From contig NZ_CP047901.1 of the NCBI RefSeq assembly GCF_009936135.1, positions 152,984-216,983 of the forward strand: a DNA stretch of 64,000 nucleotides, in the 5' to 3' direction. How positions within the stretch are numbered: position 1 is the first letter of the stretch; each line of letters starts with the position of its first letter. Origin of the DNA: Candidatus Chazhemtobacterium aquaticus (GTDB lineage Bacteria; Patescibacteriota; Microgenomatia; UBA1400; Chazhemtobacteraceae). Positions 1-9,565 of the stretch are shown here, one piece after another. The position numbers were made by a program, and so were the translations under genes. The notes under the pieces are model-generated. The model did no database searches and was not told the origin of the DNA. It was given only the letters and a program-made list of their open reading frames with translations.

Positions 1-750
1 CCCCGGTACCAACCACGACAACACTACCGTATCCTGCTGTACATCATCCCTATGTATAAACTCTCGCTCCCCTGGTTTAATCTCACCCCTTCGTGGCCTC
101 GACAACCTTCCCTGATTACCCACAAAGATATCTCTCACCATCTTTTTTGCCTCCTCCACCTCAAAATCTCCCGTCAACGACAACACACAGTTTTCGTTAA
201 CAAAATACTTACCATGCAACTCCTTTAAATCATCTCTGCTTAAACTTGCAATATACTCTGGCTGACCCATTCCATCTCTTGTATATCTATGACTCTTGCC
301 AAAATGCTGCTCCTCAAAAGCTCGTTGAAACCGATTGTGAGGTGAGTCCCACTTATCGTTGTACTCCTGCCTAATTACCTCAATCTCCCTCTCCATTACC
401 TCTTCTGGTATCACCGGCTCAAACACCAACTCATAAAGCAACTCCAATGCCTGCTTAAATGATGAACTGGGACCATATGTGTAATACGAGATATCCTCCC
501 TCCCCGTCCCCGCATTGTTATTCAATCCATACTCTTCCTTAAACAACTCCAGCTCCAACTTGTTTTTAAACCTCTTCGTCTGGTGAAAAGTTAAGTGTTC
601 AATAAAGTGAAACGCACCCCAATCCTTCCCCTCCTCATAACTACTACCAGCCCTAATCACCAAATTCGCCTTCACCGCCGGTAATCCTTTAATTGGATAA
701 AGTATTACTCGCAAACCATTAATCTTGTCCAAAATATACGGTTTCGTCAT
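1..750 (-). CDS. M16 (insulinase-family) zinc peptidase, partial (runs off the window)
   Basis: Manual translation from ATG at 750: MTKPYILDKINGLRVILYP...IRAGSSYEEGKDWGAFHFIEHLTF, with the inverted zinc motif HxxEH. Not in the ORF track because the 3' end is outside the window. Confidence 0.85.
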   Translation of the reverse strand, partial: MTKPYILDKINGLRVILYPIKGLPAVKANLVIRAGSSYEEGKDWGAFHFIEHLTFHQTKRFKNKLELELFKEEYGLNNNAGTGREDISYYTYGPSSSFKQALELLYELVFEPVIPEEVMEREIEVIRQEYNDKWDSPHNRFQRAFEEQHFGKSHRYTRDGMGQPEYIASLSRDDLKELHGKYFVNENCVLSLTGDFEVEEAKKMVRDIFVGNQGRLSRPRRGEIKPGEREFIHRDDVQQDTVVLSWLVPG

Positions 751-758
751 CAATAACC

Positions 759-980
759 CTAATATATCACCTCAACCACCTTTCGTTTAGACTTATGACC
801 TGCCACTATATCCACCTGACTTTTCCCAACTTCAAAATACTCAGCCAACATCTCTACTACCGCCTTGTTTGCCCTACCCTCTAATGCCGGCTTGTTTACA
901 TGCACATGCACCACTCCCAACAAGTCCTTCTCCACCCTAGCTCTTCTTGAATTCACATGCACTAATATCTCCAGTCGCAT
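759..980 (-). CDS. DUF167 (YggU-like) protein
   Basis: V.V...A.EGRANKAVVEMLAEYF...IVAGHKSKRKVV pattern. Confidence 0.85.
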   Translation of the reverse strand: MRLEILVHVNSRRARVEKDLLGVVHVHVNKPALEGRANKAVVEMLAEYFEVGKSQVDIVAGHKSKRKVVEVIY

Positions 981-1013
981 ACTTCATTTTCACCTCCACC
1001 ATTCTTAAATGCA

Positions 1014-1050
1014 AAAGAGCCGGTGTTGGTGGTGATAACACCGGCTCTTT
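1014..1050. terminator. Rho-independent terminator hairpin
   Basis: 14-bp perfect inverted repeat aaagagccggtgtt / aacaccggctcttt just downstream of the 1054 ORF. Confidence 0.75.
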
Positions 1051-1053
1051 CTC

Positions 1054-1455
1054 TTACTCCTCAACCACGATGAAGTTGACATCTCCCCGATGAAGCCGAT
1101 ACTGCACCTCATCAGCATCATGGAAGCAGAATGTCTCATCCTCAACCCGGTCAAAGACCAACCGAGCCCCTGCTTCCAACTCGCCCTCTTCGTCGTTGAT
1201 GAGCACCCACATCCAGATCTGAGTCAAGTAGGTCTTACCCACCTCCAACTCAATCGGCTCAAGGATCAGTTCGATCTTCCCATCCAGCAGATACGGCGCT
1301 CCGCCTGCCCTGCTGAACATCAGATGTCCACTTTCTGAGTGGACCCTACCGCACTTTACACACGCACAACTCGACGTGTAAGAGTGACAGCCGGTCTGCA
1401 TTGGGAAAGACTGCGAACCCAACTCTCCATCACATCCCAACATCTGGCATTTCAT
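1054..1455 (-). CDS. Hypothetical protein with Cys/His-rich N-terminus
   Basis: ATG at 1455 preceded by AGGAGG; CQMLGC...CACVKCGRVH. Confidence 0.6.
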   Translation of the reverse strand: MKCQMLGCDGELGSQSFPMQTGCHSYTSSCACVKCGRVHSESGHLMFSRAGGAPYLLDGKIELILEPIELEVGKTYLTQIWMWVLINDEEGELEAGARLVFDRVEDETFCFHDADEVQYRLHRGDVNFIVVEE

Positions 1456-1573
1456 CACGTGCCTCCTATATATCGCGGTTGAAATGTACTGACGTCCCAA
1501 TATACCAAATCACATCCCTATTTTCAACACTATCGGACACACACTTTATTTCCCACCTATCCAAAAAACCTCG

Positions 1574-1996
1574 CTAATCCAACCTCTTCTTGTTAAGACC
1601 TCTATCAATCATCAATGGCATTACAAACAACGCCACCAACACCCATATCCACGTCTCACCCTTCCAAAAATAATATGTCTGTAAAACATCACCCATGCTC
1701 AAACCTCGCAAATGCAAACTCATCCCCGTCTCAAACACCACTGTCATCACCACCCACATCAATCCAACCAACACCAAATCTCGATCTGTATATTCTCCCC
1801 GAACCATCTTCAAGAACCACAGAATCGCCCAGTAAAACAACACTATTCCCGTCAATGAACTCAGCTGATGTGCCCACATTCCAAGATATGGCTCCAGGAT
1901 AGGCTTATACGTCATCTCCCGCACCACCGCATTAAATATTGCCAACACCAACAAAACCAACCAAAACAATACTGCCTTGATATAAAACTTTTTCAT
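1574..1996 (-). CDS. Hypothetical 4-TM membrane protein
   Basis: Hydrophobic helices. Start re-called to MKKFYIK, after a TATAAT box and beyond the upstream terminator. Confidence 0.7.
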   Translation of the reverse strand: MKKFYIKAVLFWLVLLVLAIFNAVVREMTYKPILEPYLGMWAHQLSSLTGIVLFYWAILWFLKMVRGEYTDRDLVLVGLMWVVMTVVFETGMSLHLRGLSMGDVLQTYYFWKGETWIWVLVALFVMPLMIDRGLNKKRLD

Positions 1997-2034
1997 TTCC
2001 ACTTGATTATACAAACAAAAAACCTCCACATATA

Positions 2035-2073
2035 ACAAACAGCCCTCGGACTTAACACCTCGGGCTGTTCGTT
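2035..2073 (-). terminator. Terminator-like hairpin
   Basis: aacagccc...gggctgtt inverted repeat downstream of the 2086-2784 gene. Confidence 0.55.
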
Positions 2074-2085
2074 TAATCAAGAGCC

Positions 2086-2784
2086 TTAGAACTTACCAAA
2101 ACCCGGACCCACCGGACTCTTGTACAAAACTCCATGCTCTCCAGTGCCTTGGTCGTTATATACTTCCAAAACGGTAGCAAACTCACCCCATATAACAGGA
2201 CCTATTTCCTCACCATCACTGGTGTACCACATACCACCATCCTTATAAGCATCAGCCGGTGCTGCCACTATTTTAGTAAAGTAATTCCACTCATATGTCT
2301 CATCCTCTTCTTCATAAGAATCCCACATATGATTAGTCAACCATGCTCCTGAACCTATATAGCTTGGATAATCGTAAAGGCGATCCAGCTCTCCATCATC
2401 ATCACAGTCTTTATTGCTCAACCAAGCATCATCCCACTTCATCAATAACTGCGTAGTGCGATATGGCCAATACCATGTACCCTCCGCTGTCGGATTATCA
2501 TCCAAATATGCTTCGTCATCACCCTCGTACGGCGGGAAACCATCCTTACCTAAATAAGTATTAGCGTAAGAGCCCTTAAACATATGGCCTTGGTAGTTGT
2601 AACCATAAGCATCAAAGCCATTAACCAGTGGCTCTCCCTCCAAAAAGTGACCAGCCGAATACGTCAACACACCATCCTGGATGGTGACACATTTATCAGC
2701 CTTAGCCTCAACCGTTGTTAAAGTGACCAAACCAAATAATGCCATCAACACCATCCCTATAAACATAAATGTTATCTTTTTCAT
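2086..2784 (-). CDS. Secreted hypothetical protein (Asp/Tyr/Trp-rich)
   Basis: Signal-peptide-like N-terminus; strong SD GGAGGTGA; DCDDDGELDR Ca-binding-like motif. Confidence 0.75.
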   Translation of the reverse strand: MKKITFMFIGMVLMALFGLVTLTTVEAKADKCVTIQDGVLTYSAGHFLEGEPLVNGFDAYGYNYQGHMFKGSYANTYLGKDGFPPYEGDDEAYLDDNPTAEGTWYWPYRTTQLLMKWDDAWLSNKDCDDDGELDRLYDYPSYIGSGAWLTNHMWDSYEEEDETYEWNYFTKIVAAPADAYKDGGMWYTSDGEEIGPVIWGEFATVLEVYNDQGTGEHGVLYKSPVGPGFGKF

Positions 2785-2951
2785 CTTTTTCTCACCTCCC
2801 TTCCTATCTATCTAAATAAAAAAAGCCGCCTATAGCGGACTAATACTTAATAACCAACCGGGAATAAACACCAACCACCCTCATTACCTTTAACCTACCA
2901 CACCACCACCAATAGTCAACCCAAAACAATCTTGCCCACCCCTCCATTTCC

Positions 2952-3254
2952 TTATGCCTTCTTCTTATCCAGCTTATCAAGTCCTAACATCTTGACTCCA
3001 AAATAAACCACCAAGGCAATCACCACAAAATCAATAAACACGTTAAGAAAGTCTCCCCACATAATCTTGGCTGCACCCACCTGAACATAAGCACTCTGTA
3101 GATTCTCAACATTGCTTAACCCAAGAGCCAATACCGGACCAATAATGTCCTCTACCAAAGCAGAGACTAGTTTTGATACCGCTCCTCCTAAAATAAAACC
3201 AACTGCCAATCCCACCACACCTTGCTCACGAATAAAATCAATAAATCCCTTCAT
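2952..3254 (-). CDS. mscL: Large-conductance mechanosensitive channel
   Basis: FIDFIREQGVVGLAVGFILGGAVSKLVSALVEDII.P...WGDFLNVFIDF MscL signature. Confidence 0.9.
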   Translation of the reverse strand: MKGFIDFIREQGVVGLAVGFILGGAVSKLVSALVEDIIGPVLALGLSNVENLQSAYVQVGAAKIMWGDFLNVFIDFVVIALVVYFGVKMLGLDKLDKKKA

Positions 3255-3328
3255 CTCTACCTCCCTTTCTTTTTCTCTAAAGAACTAATACCAACCTACC
3301 TACGTTATAGATCTCCCCACTAACAATG

Positions 3329-3568
3329 TCAATTTACCCCCTCTTTATATTTTTTTAACCTAAACACCCCCCTACTCGGCTTATACACTCTATCCGGATA
3401 CTTCTCTACCAATCTCCACACACAGCCATTAACTGTCTTTGGATGAAACTCTGGATTAGACTCACCAATTCTTTTCAACAAATCCGTCCATCGCACTCCC
3501 TCAGGACTTTCCTCCAATAACTCAAACACTTTCTCATAAATCTGTCTCGTTACTGTCTTTTTACTCAT
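3329..3568 (-). CDS. Small hypothetical protein, possible winged-HTH
   Basis: 79 aa, helix-helix-beta pattern; -10-like TACAGT 6 nt before ATG. Confidence 0.65.
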   Translation of the reverse strand: MSKKTVTRQIYEKVFELLEESPEGVRWTDLLKRIGESNPEFHPKTVNGCVWRLVEKYPDRVYKPSRGVFRLKKYKEGVN

Positions 3569-3657
3569 ACTAAAACTGTACCAGTCCAGACAACTATAAA
3601 CACATCAAGGCTCAAAAAGTATCACGTCGTACAACAACCATTACAATGTTTTTGTCA

Positions 3658-3939
3658 CTACTTGTTAAAGAAGGAATATGCCACCCCGATGAGAAACTTA
3701 ACAACAATTATTCCCAGAAGAAAAACCAGCGCCTCCCTATCTCCGGATATAAACAAAAATCTATTTCTAACCATTACCGACAAAAACAAAACTAAAGCCA
3801 AGATACCTAACGCATAACCAGCAATTGCATAAATACTCATCCAGTCATTGTTCTTGGCGATCAAGCCAATCCCCCGACTACAAAGAGCCATCCCAATAAT
3901 AAAAACAGCAATAAAAACATGGCGAACAGAAACACTCAT
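3658..3939 (-). CDS. Small 3-TM membrane protein
   Basis: Hydrophobic ORF; start uncertain. Confidence 0.55.
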   Translation of the reverse strand: MSVSVRHVFIAVFIIGMALCSRGIGLIAKNNDWMSIYAIAGYALGILALVLFLSVMVRNRFLFISGDREALVFLLGIIVVKFLIGVAYSFFNK

Positions 3940-4019
3940 ATAGCCATATTAACATCCTCACATCGATACCAAAAGGCAAATTTAAGACCTCATTACCCAA
4001 CACAGCGTATAATACCCTT

Positions 4020-4322
4020 ATGAGCAAGAATCCTATCCTCAACGCTCTCACTGCCACTGCATATATCACCCTTGTTTCCTCAATCATGTACTATGGCACC
4101 CAGTTCGCCCCCAAAAACGACTCTTTCCTTGCTCCCATTGCCATGCTCTCTCTATTCACGCTCTCAGCTGCCGTCATGGGCTATCTTTTCTGCTACCAAC
4201 CTCTTCTTCTACTTTTCGCCAAAAAACAAAAGGCTGCTCTCAATCTCTTTCTTCAAACCCTGGCTATCTTTGCCGTTACCACCATATTGTTTCTCCTACT
4301 TCTTTTCTCCGGACTAATCTAG
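4020..4322 (+). CDS. 3-TM membrane protein
   Basis: Hydrophobic ORF; TATAAT 6 nt before ATG. Confidence 0.75.
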   Translation: MSKNPILNALTATAYITLVSSIMYYGTQFAPKNDSFLAPIAMLSLFTLSAAVMGYLFCYQPLLLLFAKKQKAALNLFLQTLAIFAVTTILFLLLLFSGLI

Positions 4323-5369
4323 TCAAACCACACTCACAACAACTGGATTAACTGACTCCTCACTCCCTACCAACACCTTATTCTCCCCAGCCTCCCTTAA
4401 CTCCTCCTTGTACAAATACTCAACTATCTCACCTGCTACATCCCGAGACTCTCCCTCCATCGGATAATGACGAATATCAATCCCAGGACAATCATTTAAC
4501 TCCAACACTGTCGGATTATTCAACATCTTGTCATAAATCATATCTACCCCCGTTATCTCCATCCCCACCGCTTTTGCCGCCCTCACCGCTATCTCTTTAA
4601 TTTCATCACTTACCTCATCAGTTGCATCAACCCCTATTCCCCCAGTGCTGATATTAGCGTTTTGTCGCAGAAACACCTTCTCTCCTCTTTGCGGAACATA
4701 TGTCAATTTCATATTTAGTTTTTTAAGATTCCTCATTATCTCTCCATTCACTTTTATCCTGCACAAAGGCTTCTCGTATCTCTCACCCACATCTGGATTC
4801 TCGTTGTATCTCTTAATCAGCTCTCGAATATTTTTAACACCATCACCTACCACATGAGCCGGTATTCTCTCCATCACCGCAACTACCCTGTCACCCACCA
4901 CAAAGAAACGATAATCCTTACCCTTTATATACTCCTCAACTAAAACATTCTTTTTCCCCGGACTCGTAAAAACCATCGACAACACCTCCTCAAACTCATC
5001 CAACGACTCAATATTGACCACCACCCTTCTACCATGAGCCCCTCTAACCGGCTTTAACACACAAGGGAAAAAATCTTTATCAGTCACCAACTTTCTCGCC
5101 TCAACCTTAGTTCTAACTAGCCAGCTTCTTGGTACCGGAATCCCATTAGCCAACAACACCTTCCTTGTCAGAAACTTATTATTTGCCACAAAACAAGCAG
5201 GTTGAGAGTTAACCGGAAAAGAAGTTCCCATCACAAATACCGATCTTCCTTTGTGTGAAAGCTCAAGTAAGTTAAAGCGGCTAGAGATCACCTTTACATC
5301 CAATCCTCTCACCAAAATTGCCTCCAAAATTAACTGGGCACTGTTTGTTTTAAGAACGGTCTTCTTCAT
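4323..5369 (-). CDS. ATP-grasp ligase resembling the N-terminal domain of cyanophycin synthetase or the C-terminal domain of GshAB
   Basis: NKFLTRKVL, VLKPVRGAHGRRV, VEEYIKGKDYR, ERIPAHVVGDG, NANISTGG, GVD...LELNDCPG. Confidence 0.85.
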   Translation of the reverse strand: MKKTVLKTNSAQLILEAILVRGLDVKVISSRFNLLELSHKGRSVFVMGTSFPVNSQPACFVANNKFLTRKVLLANGIPVPRSWLVRTKVEARKLVTDKDFFPCVLKPVRGAHGRRVVVNIESLDEFEEVLSMVFTSPGKKNVLVEEYIKGKDYRFFVVGDRVVAVMERIPAHVVGDGVKNIRELIKRYNENPDVGERYEKPLCRIKVNGEIMRNLKKLNMKLTYVPQRGEKVFLRQNANISTGGIGVDATDEVSDEIKEIAVRAAKAVGMEITGVDMIYDKMLNNPTVLELNDCPGIDIRHYPMEGESRDVAGEIVEYLYKEELREAGENKVLVGSEESVNPVVVSVV

Positions 5370-5706
5370 ATTAATTACCAAAAAACTACATAAATCAAAC
5401 AAATACTAATCACTTACTAAAGACACCCAAAACAATCAAAAGCAAACTATTCACCGTGAACATTCTCCTCAACAATTTCAATCCGCACCAACCCAAACGT
5501 ATATCTATTGCTCAGCTAATGACCACAAGATAATCACTTACTCAATCCCGATTATCACTTCTTCAATAAGCCTATTTAGATCATTATAGTCCCTTAATGC
5601 CATTCTGGCTATTTTCCCTCTCTTCACACCCTTAATCTAAAAAAACAAAGACCTAAAACACACATAGCAAAAATTAGTCAAATTCAAGCTAGATAAATAA
5701 AGTAAT

Positions 5707-6993
5707 TTACTGGCAATCACTATCACAAGCTATACCGTCCTTGTCTGCATCCCTTGCCCCACATCCGCAAGCATTCAACTGGTATTGAGCTTCGGCACAA
5801 GATGACATTTGAGAGCAAGTTTTAGAACAATCACAAGCATAGCTCCCTGAAGTTTGGTTAGACGGTCGAGGCTGAGTAGGAGTAGTGGTCTGCTGAATAA
5901 TCTGGGTTGGGGTAATAGTCTTTTGCTGGACTTGAGTGGGTTGGACATTACAGACATCTCCCCATAATCCTTTTTTCTCCTCTCTCGCTTGTCTTTGGGC
6001 TTCAACAAACTTATTTTGATACTTTAAATCTGGAGGGTAACTGCTTGATTGAGCATAACCTTCCCTAACTAGGTATTCATTCACCAATATATCACCAAGC
6101 CAAACATACCTTAAAAGTCTGCCATACCTATCGGTTTCAGAAACATCTTTTTCTAACCTAACTTCCTTGCCTTCAACCAACTCCCTATTCTTATCGGAAG
6201 CCTCCTTGCCAAAACACTGGACTGGTTTACTGGGGTGAACTGTTTCAGGTGTATCGATTCCAATATACCTGACTACTTGACCACCCTCAATTTTGATGGT
6301 GTCGCCGTCAACAACATTGATTACTTTTGCCTTATATCTGGAAGGGTTAAAGTTCACAAAAGTCCCGCCAACCGCACTCTCATTGCCAACAGCATCGATT
6401 GCCTTAACACTAATTGTATTAGCACCTAAAACCAAACCGGTTTTAATCTCAAACTCGCCTTTATCATTGGTTGTAGTAGCGGACAGCTCGTTATCCTGGA
6501 TAGAGGCAACAATTTTTACGTTAGGCTCAGAAACACCCTTAATAACTATTTCTTCTTCGCTATCATCAGGAAGATTATCGGGTAAAAAAATTTCTGGCTT
6601 AGGGGGAGAGGTTTGATCTATCGTAATGACGATATTTTCATTCCTACACTTTCCTTTTTCTTCTGAGCTACACACCTCAACCATATAGTTGTAGCTGCCA
6701 TCGGTTAGGTCATTCAAGACAAAGAAAAACTTCCCGCTGGAATCAGACTTAACTGATTGGATAACCTCATTATCTTTGATAAGATACACGGGTTTTCCTG
6801 AGTAGGTTTTACCAGCGATAGAAACAGAGCCTTTATTGATTGGGTCATTTTTTTCTAAGGTAAGGGAGGGAGCGGAAGGAAAGATAATAACCATCAAGAT
6901 TACAAAGACAAGCAAGTAAAAACCAGAGGCAATTATAGATTTCCACCACTTGCCAGATCGAAAACCAGGGACTCTCCTTAACCAAGAAAACAT
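5707..6993 (-). CDS. Membrane-anchored thermonuclease (SNase) with Ig-like domains and a C-terminal Excalibur-like domain
   Basis: VVDGDTI, VRYIGIDTPE, DRYGRLLRYVW, AREEKKGLW; DAVGNES Ig-like motif; CSQMSSCAEAQ...DADKDGIAC. Confidence 0.9.
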   Translation of the reverse strand: MFSWLRRVPGFRSGKWWKSIIASGFYLLVFVILMVIIFPSAPSLTLEKNDPINKGSVSIAGKTYSGKPVYLIKDNEVIQSVKSDSSGKFFFVLNDLTDGSYNYMVEVCSSEEKGKCRNENIVITIDQTSPPKPEIFLPDNLPDDSEEEIVIKGVSEPNVKIVASIQDNELSATTTNDKGEFEIKTGLVLGANTISVKAIDAVGNESAVGGTFVNFNPSRYKAKVINVVDGDTIKIEGGQVVRYIGIDTPETVHPSKPVQCFGKEASDKNRELVEGKEVRLEKDVSETDRYGRLLRYVWLGDILVNEYLVREGYAQSSSYPPDLKYQNKFVEAQRQAREEKKGLWGDVCNVQPTQVQQKTITPTQIIQQTTTPTQPRPSNQTSGSYACDCSKTCSQMSSCAEAQYQLNACGCGARDADKDGIACDSDCQ

Positions 6994-7111
6994 TTGCCGC
7001 GATTATACTATCTTACTTGAAGAATTTGTATAACTACGTCCTGGCCACACACTTTTGTCACAAGCTCCCTGTCTCCAAAGCAATACAAACCACAATCAAA
7101 TCGTGATTTAT

Positions 7112-7561
7112 TTATTGAACACAAAACCCCGAAAATGATTGGCTACCTGCCCAAACACTAGTACTCGATCGAGAAAACGTACCATCATTCTTATTTATAG
7201 TAATATTATCAGTACCCCCCGATGACGTAACAACCCCAATAGTTACTACATTTTCGTCTTCTAAGAGCTTATCCCAAACTTGAGTTCCCCCTAAAGGAAA
7301 ATTTACCGACGGAGTATTGGTAAACATATCTGTAAGAACCAGAAAATCACCAACGTCTGATTTTTTTGTTGATTCGGTTATTTCACATCTTAAAATGTTA
7401 GCCATTTGAAAAATAGGCTTATACAAATCCGATGTCCCAATCAATCCACTCATCCTTATCCAAAGACCACTAGCTATCATCAACATTATCACCAAAACAG
7501 CTTTATAAACTTTCTCATCAATCCACTTTTCACGAGTGGTTTCCTCTTTTATTACTGCCAT
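7112..7561 (-). CDS. Hypothetical protein with a single TM helix
   Basis: 149-aa ORF starting 8 nt after the upstream gene's stop. Confidence 0.6.
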   Translation of the reverse strand: MAVIKEETTREKWIDEKVYKAVLVIMLMIASGLWIRMSGLIGTSDLYKPIFQMANILRCEITESTKKSDVGDFLVLTDMFTNTPSVNFPLGGTQVWDKLLEDENVVTIGVVTSSGGTDNITINKNDGTFSRSSTSVWAGSQSFSGFCVQ

Positions 7562-7568
7562 TTTATTT

Positions 7569-8522
7569 CTATTTATAAATATCCCTATGCAAATATAAAA
7601 ACGATTGCTCTGATAACCTTACTGCCTCAGGTATTTGCCTGCTATCAGATACAAGAGTATGACACGAACCATTGGTCCAATGGCCAACTTTGGAACAATC
7701 AATCATTTCCAAAGAAGTTTTAACATAATCGTGGTGGAAACGATAATATATCTTGAGCCCTCTTTTATTGGGAACGATTTCAGCATAATTGCGACCATGT
7801 CTTGACATGTAGGCAATATATTTCTTGGTATATTTAACCTTCGTTTCAGGTTTTACCACCATCAATTGTTTTTCAAACTCCGCAAGCAATGTCAACGTCT
7901 CTTCCCAGCCCTCTTTTACCAAGTCTTCAAGCTCATATACCTTAACTTCTTTTGCCACATCTTTTATAAGCTTATCCTTTGTGTATGCCTGAATTGATAC
8001 GGTCGTCTTAAAAGGTTTTATGGGGTCAAATTCAACTATTCCGTTTTCATACGTTTTTACCTCATATAAGGAAAACGGCAGATCTTTAAAGTTAATTGCG
8101 TTCTTCTGATAATTAGTAAACTCCGGAGAAATAAAGATCAATCTTGATTGCTCCCAGTCAATATCACCCTTATCAAAGTTTTTTTTCAAACGCCGATTAA
8201 GCTCTAAAACAAACTCAGCTTTATTATGAAGCATGGCAGAAAGATAAGAAAAACCCTGATCAATAACGCTAAAATTCCTGTCCTTCTTATACTCAATAAT
8301 TACGAACGATTTTTGATGTTCGTCAAAAGTCAGAGTGTCAATATAAAAATCCTGCTCCTGAACCCGTACACTAAACTCATTATTCAGATAACCACTAACA
8401 AATCTTAAGCCAAAAATTGTTTCTAGATTTTCCTCGGTAAGCTTCTGAATATCACGCTCAAGGCCAAGCCTTTTCTCTCTTACTAGTTCTAATCGATTCC
8501 CTTTCTTTGTATAAATTGCCAT
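7569..8522 (-). CDS. PD-(D/E)xK nuclease-like domain (NucS/DUF91-like) plus DUF5655-like domain
   Basis: LERDIQKLTEENL...IDTL...VIIEYKK...VIDQGFSY; C-terminal D.SKVGHWTNG. Confidence 0.75.
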   Translation of the reverse strand: MAIYTKKGNRLELVREKRLGLERDIQKLTEENLETIFGLRFVSGYLNNEFSVRVQEQDFYIDTLTFDEHQKSFVIIEYKKDRNFSVIDQGFSYLSAMLHNKAEFVLELNRRLKKNFDKGDIDWEQSRLIFISPEFTNYQKNAINFKDLPFSLYEVKTYENGIVEFDPIKPFKTTVSIQAYTKDKLIKDVAKEVKVYELEDLVKEGWEETLTLLAEFEKQLMVVKPETKVKYTKKYIAYMSRHGRNYAEIVPNKRGLKIYYRFHHDYVKTSLEMIDCSKVGHWTNGSCHTLVSDSRQIPEAVRLSEQSFLYLHRDIYK

Positions 8523-8665
8523 ATTAACTTACCTAGCTCCACACTGTAAACAGCGTTAGAAACATTATACGACAACAAGAAGAGTATATTTGTCTTTCAA
8601 ACTTAAAAAATAAGACAAACGAAATTAAAGATGTAGTGGCATGGCAACTATTCTAAAAAACACTA

Positions 8666-8707
8666 TTGCAATTATGTAATAATTGTTTTAAATTTCAAAC
8701 AATTATT
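8666..8707 (+). promoter_or_regulatory. Sigma70-type promoter of the DUF3800 gene overlapped by a 30-bp palindrome (operator-like)
   Basis: TTGCAA(8666)-17 nt-TAAATT(8689); arms aataattgttt (8678-8688) / aaacaattatt (8697-8707). Confidence 0.55.
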
Positions 8708-8709
8708 GT

Positions 8710-9456
8710 ATGACTAAAATCACAAAACCCGGACCAAAACCAGCTAAAAACACCTTCGGCTTTATGGACGAGGTGGGACTACTACACTCACCCTCAACAG
8801 AACGACTATTCGGCTTAGGGTTACTTAAGCTCCACCACCCATCAGAACTACATAAAAGTATCGTCAACTATAAAAATAAGACAGGGTTTCATTCAGAATT
8901 CAAGTTCGCAAATGTCAGCAATAGCAATCTCACGCTATATAAAGGATTTATAGATTTGTTTTTTGATACTAAACATTCCCACTTTAATAGCATATTGTTT
9001 GACAAAAAGAACCTAGATCTAAAAAGCTACTTTAGAAACAATCATCACAAAGCTTACAACTCTTTCACAAGCAAACTTATTGCGGAGTCACTTGAGGCAG
9101 GTGAATATATTGTTGTCCTCGCTGACGATTTGAGCACGCCTAAGCACGATAACTTTGAAAAAGAAGTTAAGAAAAAAGTTAAGGTGAAAGCCAGAAGGAA
9201 CGCCCTGTATGGTATTTGCCGGCTCGAATCTCATGCTGTAAGCGAACTTCAAATGGCAGATGTCCTCATTGGAACAGTGGCGTATTCATTTAAAATTAAA
9301 TACAAAGTGGCTGGGCTTAACAGAAAAAACGCCAAGTTCAGACTACTAGTTCATCTTCAAAACAAACTTAACACTGACTACTTAGCAGAATCTCACAACT
9401 ATAAAGCAAAATATGGAATTAAATTTAAAATTAACGAATTCTTTGATGAAAAATAA
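8710..9456 (+). CDS. DUF3800 domain protein (RNase H-like fold)
   Basis: N-terminal FMDEVG, EFKF, and C-terminal SH...LQMADVLIG (QxAD) motifs. Confidence 0.8.
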   Translation: MTKITKPGPKPAKNTFGFMDEVGLLHSPSTERLFGLGLLKLHHPSELHKSIVNYKNKTGFHSEFKFANVSNSNLTLYKGFIDLFFDTKHSHFNSILFDKKNLDLKSYFRNNHHKAYNSFTSKLIAESLEAGEYIVVLADDLSTPKHDNFEKEVKKKVKVKARRNALYGICRLESHAVSELQMADVLIGTVAYSFKIKYKVAGLNRKNAKFRLLVHLQNKLNTDYLAESHNYKAKYGIKFKINEFFDEK

Positions 9457-9516
9457 AAATAGACAGCGCTATGAATACAATCCCGAACAAGCAGGAATTC
9501 ACGCTCTCTGTCTATA
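9455..9516 (-). ncRNA. Candidate ~60-nt structured small RNA convergent on the DUF3800 gene
   Basis: Own promoter (next feature); stem atagacag/ctgtctat with inner pairings tgaat/attca and tcc/gga; ends in a U-tract on the minus strand. Confidence 0.6.
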
Positions 9517-9521
9517 AAACT

Positions 9522-9550
9522 ATTATATTGTGATCCCCAAAATACGTCAA
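9522..9550 (-). promoter_or_regulatory. Near-consensus sigma70 promoter for the candidate sRNA
   Basis: Minus strand TTGACG-17 nt-TATAAT, with no minus-strand ORF downstream. Confidence 0.7.
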
Positions 9551-9565
9551 CACTTCTAATAATGA

